NCBI GenBank assembly: GCA_022792335.1
Contig: JAAWAV010000041.1
Span: 72,039-136,038, forward strand
Reading direction: 5' to 3'
DNA: 64,000 bases
Origin: Lachnospiraceae bacterium
GTDB lineage: Bacteria; Bacillota; Clostridia; Lachnospirales; Lachnospiraceae
Part shown: positions 39,463 to 48,039 of the stretch, one piece after another
Layout: each line of letters begins with the position of its first letter
How positions within the stretch are numbered: the first letter of the stretch is position 1
The notes under the pieces: model-generated
Databases searched by the model: none
Seen by the model: the letters and a program-made list of their open reading frames with translations, nothing else
What the model was told of the DNA's origin: nothing
Position numbers and translations under genes: made by a program

Positions 39463-39933
39463 TTACACATATCGGTCATGAAAACGGGAAGGACCACCTG
39501 CTTCAGGAAAGCCGCCCAGAGTACTCGCTCCAAGGATATGTTCAAATTCCCTCAGCCGGACAGAGATGATGCGGTTGGAAGAATCCCTTGCCCTGGCCAA
39601 CTCCTCGATCTGTTTTTCCATCTGGGTAAACAGCGGGGAGAGAACAGCCACGTCCTCTTTCTCCACGTTCTCTATAATCTGCCGGAAAGTAAGGTCCTTC
39701 CATCCAAGCTCTATCGCTTTACGGTTTCTTTGTTGTTCCAGACCACGAAATCTTAAAAGCAGAGCCTGTTCTTCCTTGAGAAAGGAATCCATCTTTCCAT
39801 GCTCTCCCGAAGAAGCCACTTCTGCCTTGGCAGTTTCCGCCTTTGTAAGCTGAACGACAATTTCGGACAGTTCCTCCAATGTATGGACAAAAGAATCAAA
39901 AAGTTTGGTCCGCTCTTCCTTATTATAATCCAT
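39463..39933 (-). CDS. flgN: Export chaperone FlgN
   Basis: Helical 156 aa between flgM and flgK; EQ.L...LEQ.R. Confidence 0.8.
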   Translation of the reverse strand: MDYNKEERTKLFDSFVHTLEELSEIVVQLTKAETAKAEVASSGEHGKMDSFLKEEQALLLRFRGLEQQRNRKAIELGWKDLTFRQIIENVEKEDVAVLSPLFTQMEKQIEELARARDSSNRIISVRLREFEHILGASTLGGFPEAGGPSRFHDRYV

Positions 39934-39968
39934 TTTGTAATGCCTCCTAATCCGGTTGCCTGAAAAAA

Positions 39969-40283
39969 TCAGTAACAGAGCATCCGCTTTGCAATCTGCC
40001 CCGCATCCGGTATATAAGTTCCGGCCTCTATCTGACGGCTAAGTTCTGCTATTCGCGTTTCATTCGCCGCAGGGGCAGAGACATCTTTTGCCGCTTCCTT
40101 AGCCAGAAGTTTAGCAAACTGTCCAGTATCGGAAGGATACTGTGTTTTATGAAGGGTCAGTTTATCATAACTGCCGGTGCTTTCTACTGTCTGCTGTCTC
40201 ACCGGATCCGGTATGGAGGAGGCGGTACGGTAGAAGGAATAATCCCTGCCAACTGGATTCGTTCCATATAATTTCACGTTCAT
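39969..40283 (-). CDS. flgM: Anti-sigma28 factor FlgM
   Basis: RIAEL..QIE.GTY..D...IA..ML C-terminus; ATG after AAGGAGG. Confidence 0.88.
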   Translation of the reverse strand: MNVKLYGTNPVGRDYSFYRTASSIPDPVRQQTVESTGSYDKLTLHKTQYPSDTGQFAKLLAKEAAKDVSAPAANETRIAELSRQIEAGTYIPDAGQIAKRMLCY

Positions 40284-40330
40284 AACAATTGCCCTCCTTT
40301 CAATACAGCGCATAACTGTACTTATATAAT

Positions 40331-40358
40331 TTATCGACGTTTTTTTTTCTGACATAAG
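40331..40358 (-). promoter_or_regulatory. Sigma28-type promoter of the flgM operon
   Basis: CTTATG-N14-GTCGATAA on the minus strand. Confidence 0.75.
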
Positions 40359-40379
40359 ATGGGACAAAAAATGTTTTAC

Positions 40380-40408
40380 CTTAATAAAAAAAAGAAAATG
40401 GTCGATAT
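40380..40408 (+). promoter_or_regulatory. Probable sigma28-type promoter, divergent from flgM
   Basis: CTTAAT-N15-GTCGATAT. Confidence 0.55.
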
Positions 40409-40445
40409 ATATAATGATATTGTAATTTGTGCTTATGGAGGTCGT

Positions 40446-41864
40446 ATGTCCAATATTCTGCAGGTAACCACACCGGTGAATGACAACAGCCGGAATGCGA
40501 TAAATACACAAACAAAAAATCTTTCCGAAAGCCAGCAGCTCCAAAATCCTGTGGATCCGACCCGGGTAGTTCGGGCAGACGGGCAGACAGGAAACAAAGC
40601 TGGCGATGCCATGAGCGAAGCTGCAAACGCTATCGTGGATTATGAGAGTAATTATGGCGCGTTTATCAAACGGATGGGCGAAGGACAGGAGCTTCCAAGA
40701 CTCCTGGAACAGCTTTTTCAGGCGGAAAACGCCGCTGTTCTTTTTACGGACCAGGAAGCGACAGCGCCTTTACTGGAGCAACTTTTCTCTTCGATGCAGA
40801 TGAATTCGCCGGAAGAACTTCTGGCTTTTTTGCAGACACAGATGGAACAGCAGGTCAAGTTTTCCGGTACCTTTTTCGATGGTTTACGCCGGCTACTAAG
40901 TGAAAACCGTAGTGATTCTGCCAAGGAAGCTATCCTTTCTTTCTTGCGGAGTTACAACAGTATGTCCTCCGGAGAGCATACTTTAAAACAGATGAAATCT
41001 CTGACAGAGGATATCGGACGTCTGATGTTCCGGCAGTTTCAGGGGGAATACCAGGACATTTTGGATGATATGGACTGGGATGCGCTAGAAGGGGAAACCA
41101 GGGCCAATTCAGCCGTGCTGAATCAGCGGTTGATTCCGTTTCTGGCTTCTTATATATCCAAAACTCATGACTATGGGCCCGTTCGCAATGCAGTGATGCT
41201 TTTTATCTTCCATGCGGTGAAATATGAAGAGGGGGATAAGGGGAGACTGTTTCAGCTTTTTGATAAAATGCTCCGCATCCGTGGATTCGATCAGGTTTTT
41301 GACAAAGAGGAAGCTTACGGAGAACTGCAAAGACTCCTGTCCGGCGGACAGAAAACGGAGGATGAGTTTGCGGACGCTTTTTCCAAACTTGTGGAAAAAG
41401 GCGCCAATGGAGCGGCCGGGTTGGAGAATATTCAGCAGTTTTATAATATTATGAACGGTATGCTGGTGAATGAGAGCGTTTATCTGCCTCTGATTCATCT
41501 GCTGCTGCCTTTCCGCTTTGGAGAAGAACAGGTGATGTCGGAGATGTGGGTAGATCCGGATTCGGAGAGTGAAGATGCCCAGGGGCGGAGGATTAAAATG
41601 TTTCTCAAATTTGATATCCGCAGTCTGGGACATTTTGATATGGTTCTTGTCATGGAGAATCGCCAGGTTGGGATGCAGCTTTATGTGCCGCCGGCGCTGA
41701 AAGAGCGTTCTGAGCATATCAGCCGGGATGTGACAGGGATTTTCAAAAAGAGCGGTCTGAGTGTGGGACAGCTTCTGGTTCGCGAGAAAAAGGGCGAACT
41801 GAAGGTGACAGACGTATTTCCGGAGATTCGGGAAAAAGAGAGGACAATCAATGTCAGAATTTGA
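40446..41864 (+). CDS. YlqG-like protein with FliK-type C-terminal domain
   Basis: C-terminal FLKFDIRSLGHFDMVL; overlaps the FlhB-C-like gene. Confidence 0.65.
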   Translation: MSNILQVTTPVNDNSRNAINTQTKNLSESQQLQNPVDPTRVVRADGQTGNKAGDAMSEAANAIVDYESNYGAFIKRMGEGQELPRLLEQLFQAENAAVLFTDQEATAPLLEQLFSSMQMNSPEELLAFLQTQMEQQVKFSGTFFDGLRRLLSENRSDSAKEAILSFLRSYNSMSSGEHTLKQMKSLTEDIGRLMFRQFQGEYQDILDDMDWDALEGETRANSAVLNQRLIPFLASYISKTHDYGPVRNAVMLFIFHAVKYEEGDKGRLFQLFDKMLRIRGFDQVFDKEEAYGELQRLLSGGQKTEDEFADAFSKLVEKGANGAAGLENIQQFYNIMNGMLVNESVYLPLIHLLLPFRFGEEQVMSEMWVDPDSESEDAQGRRIKMFLKFDIRSLGHFDMVLVMENRQVGMQLYVPPALKERSEHISRDVTGIFKKSGLSVGQLLVREKKGELKVTDVFPEIREKERTINVRI

Positions 41865-42180
41865 TGATTTGATGAAAAAAAAGGCAGTGGCTTTAAAATA
41901 CGATCCCCAGAAGAACGGCGCTCCAGTAGTAGTGGCCTCCGGTATGGGGTATCTGGCCGAACGGATTACAGAGGCGGCCATGGATGCGGGAGTTCCTGTT
42001 TATGAAGATGATTCCCTGGCAACTATCTTGACTCAGCTTAAGCTGGGGGCATCCATTCCGGTGGAACTTTATCAGGCTATTGTGGATATCTATATTTATT
42101 TTCTGGGATACGTGCCGGAAGAAACAGAATCAACATCGGAGGAAGTGCGGACCGTTCTGGAGGAGACGCAGGAGAGTTGA
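41851..42180 (+). CDS. Stand-alone FlhB C-terminal-like protein (YlqH/FlhX type)
   Basis: KAVALKYD....APVVVASG.G.LAE.I...A....VP...D; IP.ELY.A. Confidence 0.9.
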   Translation: MSEFDDLMKKKAVALKYDPQKNGAPVVVASGMGYLAERITEAAMDAGVPVYEDDSLATILTQLKLGASIPVELYQAIVDIYIYFLGYVPEETESTSEEVRTVLEETQES

Positions 42181-42242
42181 CCATTATCAGTTTTTGCGTT
42201 ATAATGATCTGTGATTCGTAATTTTGGAAGGAGCAATGCTGT

Positions 42243-43301
42243 ATGAGCACAGTAACATCGATCGATCAGATTCGCCCAAGCAGTTATCAAAATAATATAC
42301 AGGTAAACAGAACTGTTTCGACGGGGGATGGCTCCGGGAGTTTTCAGACAATCTTAAACGGAGTGAATCAAAGTGAAATTTCGGCTAAAGCCTGGGAGTG
42401 GGTTCGCCGGGACAAAATTTCAGACTCTGATAACGGACAGTATGACGCTATTTTTGCGGAGGCGTCGGCCACTTATCAGTTGCCGGTGTCGCTTTTGAAA
42501 GCCATTGTAAAAGTCGAGTCAGATTTTAATCCCAATGACGTGTCGTCCAAGGGGGCGAAGGGCCTGATGCAGTTGATGCCAAGTACGGCGGCAGAGGTAG
42601 GGGTGACAGATCCTTTTGATCCCAGACAGAATATTATGGGGGCTACAAAATATATCAAGAAACAATTGGATCGGTTCGGAGATTTGAGAGTGGCCTTGGC
42701 CGCTTATAATACAGGTCCCGGGAATGTAAAAAAATATGGCGGCGAGCCGGATTACTGCAAATGGTATGTGGATAAAGTGCTGGCATACGCCCAGGAGGCC
42801 CAGGGAGATACTGGAATGAACTATAACAACCTCCTTGGGAACGCGTATGGCTTGTCAGGAAATGGTTATGGGGTCCTCGGCAGTCTGGGAAGTTATGGGA
42901 TGCTTGGTGGCCTTGGAAGCCTTGGCTATGGGACGATCGGCGGTCTGGGAAGTAGCCTTGGACTGATGGGCAGTCTCGGAAGCAGTAGCTACAGTATGCT
43001 CAGTGGCCTCGGAAGCGGCAGTTATAATATGCTTGGCAGCCTCGGCGGAAGCAACTATGGTCTGCTCGGAAGCGGTAATTATGGGATGTTAAGCGGCCTG
43101 GGAAGTAGCTATGGGATGTTTGGAAATTCTTACAACGCATTATCGTCTCTGCTTTCGGCAGATGTCGCACAAAACAGCGGGGCGGAAAATGGGGATACGG
43201 TCACTATGAGCAGGGAAAGCTTTAACAGTCTGATTGAACTTATGCGGGTTCAGACGATGATGGGGGCAGAGAGGACCGTTGGAACCATGTCCTTAATATA
43301 G
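42243..43301 (+). CDS. Soluble lytic transglycosylase with Gly/Ser/Tyr low-complexity tail
   Basis: AIVKVES.FNP, GA.GLMQLMP, LAAYNTG. Confidence 0.92.
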   Translation: MSTVTSIDQIRPSSYQNNIQVNRTVSTGDGSGSFQTILNGVNQSEISAKAWEWVRRDKISDSDNGQYDAIFAEASATYQLPVSLLKAIVKVESDFNPNDVSSKGAKGLMQLMPSTAAEVGVTDPFDPRQNIMGATKYIKKQLDRFGDLRVALAAYNTGPGNVKKYGGEPDYCKWYVDKVLAYAQEAQGDTGMNYNNLLGNAYGLSGNGYGVLGSLGSYGMLGGLGSLGYGTIGGLGSSLGLMGSLGSSSYSMLSGLGSGSYNMLGSLGGSNYGLLGSGNYGMLSGLGSSYGMFGNSYNALSSLLSADVAQNSGAENGDTVTMSRESFNSLIELMRVQTMMGAERTVGTMSLI

Positions 43302-43338
43302 AAAGAAGCAGGTCTCGTCGGGGAAGGAGTATGATTCT

Positions 43339-43953
43339 ATGGTACTAAAGGACTGTAGTCGTTGCCTGGTATATACGCCGCAGGGAAAACCGCTCACAGA
43401 GGCGGTGGTAATACATACCAGGGATTATATATCCCTTTATTTTGGCGGTCTGGGTATGCGGGATGTTCGCATGCGTACGACTGTGGATTTTTATGACGAT
43501 CGGGCAGGGATGATACGGGCTATCTGCGAGCTGGTGATTCACAGAAATCCGACGTTTCCTGAGATGCCTCAACCCTGGATGGCAGATTGTACCATTCAGG
43601 AGGTGAAGGACAGTCTGCAGCGTCAGAAAGATATCCGGGCCCGTGTGAACATTGCTACCAGTTTTTCTTCAGAACGTCACGGAACGTTTTATGGAGTGAT
43701 TGAAAATATCAGCGCCGGAGGACTCTACGTGAAAACAAAGCAGCCTCTGGACAGGGGAGAAATGCTTACGTTCCAGTATAGTTTCCGTACGGCGATGAGA
43801 ACTTTTCAAGTACGTGCCATCCGGGGAAAACGGATTGGCGACGATTATGGCTATGGCTGTTGCTTTGTGGATTTGAGTGAAAATGCGGAAGCAGTGATTC
43901 GCGAGTATGTTTACAAAGTATTAAAAGAACGGGATAAAGGGAGACGACAGTGA
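43339..43953 (+). CDS. PilZ-domain protein
   Basis: QRQKDIR ... NISAGG ... YGCCF. Confidence 0.85.
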   Translation: MVLKDCSRCLVYTPQGKPLTEAVVIHTRDYISLYFGGLGMRDVRMRTTVDFYDDRAGMIRAICELVIHRNPTFPEMPQPWMADCTIQEVKDSLQRQKDIRARVNIATSFSSERHGTFYGVIENISAGGLYVKTKQPLDRGEMLTFQYSFRTAMRTFQVRAIRGKRIGDDYGYGCCFVDLSENAEAVIREYVYKVLKERDKGRRQ

Positions 43954-43987
43954 GGAGTCCTTTTATTCTTTCATAGGAAAGAGAGCA

Positions 43988-44016
43988 AGGCATGTGCTTT
44001 TTGCATATGCCTTTCT
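43988..44016 (+). terminator. Probable terminator
   Basis: AAGGCATGTGC-TTTTT-GCATATGCCTT hairpin with short T tail. Confidence 0.55.
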
Positions 44017-44073
44017 GTGTCCCGGAAGCGGAGAAAGATACCAGTGAATTTTTATGGGAGAGAGGAGCAGAAC

Positions 44074-45171
44074 TTGAAGATCAATCTGGTGATGATTGTA
44101 AAAGATGAGGAGCGGAGCCTGAAACGATGCATTCAGGCTGCCCGTCCAGTTGTGGATGAAATCATTGTGGTGGATACAGGTTCCACGGATGGGACCAGGG
44201 AGCTGGCAGAAAGACTGGGAGCCAGAGTTTATGCGTTTACTTGGATACGGGATTTTTCCGCGGCCCGCAATTATGCCTTAGATCAGTCAGACGCTGACTG
44301 GAATCTGATTCTGGATGCCGACGAATATTTAAGACCGATAAAAAGAAAACGGCTGGAAGAAAGCCTTTTTAGAGGAGAGAAGCGGTATGGAGCGGGGAAC
44401 TGGATGGGAGCGCTTCTGCGTTTTGATTCTTATCGGAGCGGAGAACTTGCGGGAACAGTCGAGGTAAGTTCGACGCTGTTGCCTCGTATCCTTCCGAAAG
44501 GAGTCCGCTACAGAGGGATGATCCACGAACAGCCGGATACGGAGATTCCCTGCATGCTTCTTCCATTGAAAGCAGATCACGATGGCTATTTAGTGGAAGG
44601 AAAGGGTGAGAGAAATCTGGAATATTTGCAGGAGGCTGTCCGTCAAGAGCCGGAAAACCCCTATTATTGGTATCAGATGGCAGTTACTTTGAGAGAACTT
44701 GGAAGGCAGGAAGAAAGTCTTTCCTGGTTTCGCCGCCTTTGGAAAGGGAGAAAACAGGAGAATGGTTATTGGATAGACGGAATGCTGCGGTATCTTTATA
44801 CCCTGATGGATGTGGGGACGCCTACAGAATTAGAAGAGGCAAAAGAAGTGATTGACAGCAGCCGCGCATGTTTAGGAAACCGCGCAGATTTTTGCTTTGT
44901 CTGTGGGCTTTTTTATACGAAGCTGGTACTTTCCAATGTGCAGCGCTACATCAGTTATCTGCCGCAGATAGAGAAAAGTTATCTGGAATGTCTGCGAATC
45001 GGAGAGCATCCGGAGATGGAAACTGTGGCGGGAACCGGTTCTTTTAAGGCGGCCTATAATTTGGGACTTTGGTATGAGCTTTCCGGGGAAACGAAAAAGG
45101 CCAGAACCTACTATCAGAGGTCGGCGAGAGACGGATACGAGCCGGCAAAAGAGCGGCTAAAAAATCTTTGA
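44074..45171 (+). CDS. GT2 glycosyltransferase with TPR region
   Basis: MIVKDEE, VDTGSTDGT, W..DFSAARN, LDADE, IHEQ; TTG start after GAGGAG. Confidence 0.92.
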   Translation: MKINLVMIVKDEERSLKRCIQAARPVVDEIIVVDTGSTDGTRELAERLGARVYAFTWIRDFSAARNYALDQSDADWNLILDADEYLRPIKRKRLEESLFRGEKRYGAGNWMGALLRFDSYRSGELAGTVEVSSTLLPRILPKGVRYRGMIHEQPDTEIPCMLLPLKADHDGYLVEGKGERNLEYLQEAVRQEPENPYYWYQMAVTLRELGRQEESLSWFRRLWKGRKQENGYWIDGMLRYLYTLMDVGTPTELEEAKEVIDSSRACLGNRADFCFVCGLFYTKLVLSNVQRYISYLPQIEKSYLECLRIGEHPEMETVAGTGSFKAAYNLGLWYELSGETKKARTYYQRSARDGYEPAKERLKNL

Positions 45172-45293
45172 AAGAATCTTTGAGAATCAAAAGATAGAGC
45201 GAAAAGAGCAGAACATACAACCAGGGCGACTTGTTCAGCGTCCTGGTCGCTTCTCTAAAGGATTTTTTCGTCTTTCTATTTCAGAGATTCTTT

Positions 45294-45653
45294 TTACGGT
45301 TCTTCGGCGTATGGCTGTTCCTGTTGGGCAAAAAGATGGAGGATCTGGTTTAAAAATTCGTTCAACACCAGAAATTGTTCCGGCGGCAGGCGTTTTAGTT
45401 TTTCTGAAAGGTAGTTCAGATTACTGCTGGTTTGATCTCCGAAAAGCAACCAGTCGCTGGGAATGGGCAATGTTTCGCAGATGCGTTTTAATGTGGAGAC
45501 GGAAATGCCTACAAGACCACGCTCAATATCAGATACATTCTGAGAACCCAAAGAGACGATTGTCCCAAACTGTTCCTGTGTAAGCCCGGCACGTTCTCGG
45601 ATAATGCGGATATGATTGCCCATCTGAAGATTGATTTCTTTTTTTTCTTTCAT
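45294..45653 (-). CDS. XRE-family HTH regulator (copy 1)
   Basis: RERAGLTQEQF...VSDIERG...S..TL.RIC..L....DWLLFG. Confidence 0.92.
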   Translation of the reverse strand: MKEKKEINLQMGNHIRIIRERAGLTQEQFGTIVSLGSQNVSDIERGLVGISVSTLKRICETLPIPSDWLLFGDQTSSNLNYLSEKLKRLPPEQFLVLNEFLNQILHLFAQQEQPYAEEP

Positions 45654-45887
45654 TGTTATCCCTTCCATAAAATACAGTTTAACATCAATAGTATATGTAA
45701 TCGTGTTTCTTATAAAAACACTGTATGGATATGAGCCTTTCTAATGCCAGAAACAGGAGCAGAACGGACCTATCTTTTGACATATCGCTATGCCTGTGAA
45801 TCGATGGTCTTGAAGAAACGGAGGAAGAATGATATAATATTGAGGCAAAAATCAGGGGATGGAATGAAAAGGAGCGTAGAAAATCAT

Positions 45888-47090
45888 ATGAATATTTTGA
45901 TATTTACATGGAAAGACTTGGGGATTCCTGATGTATGTGAAGCTCTGGATAAACTGGGATGTAGCTGGAACTGTGTTTCCAGTGAACATTTACGGGAACG
46001 GGTCAGTGCAGAGTTTGATCAGTTGTTTGAGCGCACCTTTGAGGAAGGACACTATGATGCTGTCTTTACTTTTAATTTCAGTCCGGTGCTGTCCAATAAT
46101 TGCAACAGGAGAAATGTCCCCTATCTTGCATTTGTCTATGACAGCCCGCTGATACAACTGTATTCCGTTTCCCTGATTAACCCCTGTAATCATATTTTCC
46201 TTTTCGACAAAATACTATATCAGGAATTTGTACAGGCGCAGATACCTACGGTCCATTATGCGCCTCTGGCAGTCAATACGGAGCGGATTGCCAGACAGCT
46301 TGAAAACCTGGATTGTGTAGAGGAAACGGAAGGCGGAAAAACAGTGCGGGAATCTTATACCTGCGATGTATCTTTTTTGGGCTCCATGTACAATGAAACG
46401 CCGGATTTTTTCGGTCGGCTTAAAAACCTGCCTTCGTATGTTCAGGGATATCTGGATGCGGCAATGGCGGCGCAAAGACAGGTCTGCGGTCACTGGTTTA
46501 TTGAAGAACTCCTGACTCCGGATATCATAGAGGCCATGCAAAACAGCCTGGCGCCGGCCAGGGTCAGGCCGAATCCGGACGGGGTAGAAACCGTTTCCTG
46601 GATTTTTGCCAATGTATTCCTTGCCAGAAAGATGGCTGCTGTAGAGAGGAAGGAACTGCTTACGGCTGCGTCAGAACAGTTTGAAACCTGGATCTACACA
46701 CCAGGTCCCACACCGGAGCTTCCCAGGGTGAAAAACCGGGGACCGGTGGATTATTACCAGTATATGCCTTTTGTATTTGCGTGCAGCCGCATCAATTTAA
46801 ACACGACGCTGCGCAGCATTCGCAGCGCAGTACCGCTCAGGGCAATGGATATTATGGGAGCCGGAGGTTTTTTGCTGTCGAATTACCAGTCCGAATTTTA
46901 TGATCTTTTCGTACCGGGAGAGGATATGGAAATTTTTTATTCGACAGAGGACATGGTCCAGAAATGTGATTATTATCTAAAGCATGATGCAAAGCGCCGT
47001 CAGATAGCGGCGAACGGATATGGAAAGGTAAAGGAAAAACATACCTTTGAGGTGCGGATGAAGGAAATTCTTTCAGAGGTTTTTAACTGA
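45888..47090 (+). CDS. CgeB/DUF3880-like GT-B glycosyltransferase
   Basis: VYDSP, DVSFLGSMY, SRINLN.TLRSI...PLR.MDIMG.GGFLLSNYQ. Confidence 0.85.
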   Translation: MNILIFTWKDLGIPDVCEALDKLGCSWNCVSSEHLRERVSAEFDQLFERTFEEGHYDAVFTFNFSPVLSNNCNRRNVPYLAFVYDSPLIQLYSVSLINPCNHIFLFDKILYQEFVQAQIPTVHYAPLAVNTERIARQLENLDCVEETEGGKTVRESYTCDVSFLGSMYNETPDFFGRLKNLPSYVQGYLDAAMAAQRQVCGHWFIEELLTPDIIEAMQNSLAPARVRPNPDGVETVSWIFANVFLARKMAAVERKELLTAASEQFETWIYTPGPTPELPRVKNRGPVDYYQYMPFVFACSRINLNTTLRSIRSAVPLRAMDIMGAGGFLLSNYQSEFYDLFVPGEDMEIFYSTEDMVQKCDYYLKHDAKRRQIAANGYGKVKEKHTFEVRMKEILSEVFN

Positions 47091-47164
47091 AGTTTTTGTA
47101 AAACATGATTTCGTTTTTACTTTCCTCGTGGTATTGCTATTATACAAAGTCATGTATATATAAT

Positions 47165-47236
47165 GTTTCTATTATCAATACTATTACATATACTAATGAT
47201 ATTAAACGGTTATGTAATGGTATCTATGATAGAAAC
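47165..47236. repeat. 26-bp imperfect inverted repeat with 20-bp spacer
   Basis: Arms 47165-47190 and 47211-47236; 22 of 26 Watson-Crick pairs plus 2 G-T. Confidence 0.85.
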
Positions 47237-47260
47237 GATAATATAATGGAAGTGAGAACG

Positions 47261-47632
47261 ATGAAGGAAAAGAAAGAACTGAACGTTCGGATAGGAAATC
47301 GGGTCCATATTGCCAGGCGACATGCGGGTCTTACACAGGAACAGTTTGGAGATCTTGTCTCTCTGGCGCCGAAACATGTCTCTGATATCGAACGTGGTCT
47401 TGTGGGTATTTCTGTTTCCACATTAAAACGTATTTGTGAGAAACTGTCAGTTTCCAGTGAATGGCTGTTGTTTGGGGAACAGAATTTCAATGAATGCGAG
47501 GAACTGATAGAAAAGCTGAATGGTCTGTCTCAGGAGCAGCTTTCTGTTCTGGAAGGTTCTTTAAATCAGATCTTTCGTATGTTCAGTATTTTTGAAAAAA
47601 GTACTGGTGAAGGCAAAGAAAAAACAAAGTAA
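47261..47632 (+). CDS. XRE-family HTH regulator (copy 2)
   Basis: Paralog of 45294-45653; identical VSDIERGLVGISVSTLKRICE. Confidence 0.92.
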   Translation: MKEKKELNVRIGNRVHIARRHAGLTQEQFGDLVSLAPKHVSDIERGLVGISVSTLKRICEKLSVSSEWLLFGEQNFNECEELIEKLNGLSQEQLSVLEGSLNQIFRMFSIFEKSTGEGKEKTK

Positions 47633-47889
47633 GTGAAGAATCTCAGGAGCTTACAGGGCCTCAGGAGAAGTGTTGTTCTTTTCGTTATGTGATAACTTAA
47701 GTGTGATAGTTCTGCTTTTTCAGACGGTGATTTCCTATCTGATATCCTTTCTGCCCGAAATGTGTCATGGGGTAAAACATATCCATAAACATAAATTTAC
47801 CTTTCCGCTTTCATTTCCAGGTTCCACATGGAATCCTAGAGAGACCAGGTGTTCACAATTTTTAAATTAGAAATTTTTTAAAATTTACC

Positions 47890-47917
47890 CTTATGGTTTT
47901 GAGTCCTCAGCCGATAA
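47890..47917 (+). promoter_or_regulatory. Sigma28-type promoter of flagellin
   Basis: CTTATG-N14-GCCGATAA (perfect sigma28 -10). Confidence 0.85.
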
Positions 47918-47978
47918 TCTTATTGTACAACAAAACATAATGTAGGTCAGACCGGTGCGCTGACGCAGGGCCCGTGTC

Positions 47979-48033
47979 GGATGTACTGTCAGGGACAGGG
48001 AGGTCGCTGAGGGACTGACTGAAACAAGGAGGT
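47979..48033 (+). promoter_or_regulatory. CsrA-binding leader of flagellin mRNA
   Basis: Five GGA motifs; one lies in an AGGGAG hexaloop closed by GAC/GTC and one in the RBS. Confidence 0.65.
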
Positions 48034-48039
48034 AAATGT

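Noticed and set aside
40284-40544. Long N-terminal extensions of flgM (to 40544) and of the ylqG-like gene (from 40359)
   Set aside because: They overlap each other and the divergent promoters; RBS-supported starts are 40283 and 40446
47105-47260. N-terminal extension of XRE2 (similar extensions at 45744 and 48943)
   Set aside because: These cross promoter, inverted-repeat or terminator DNA; paralog alignment and RBSs support later starts
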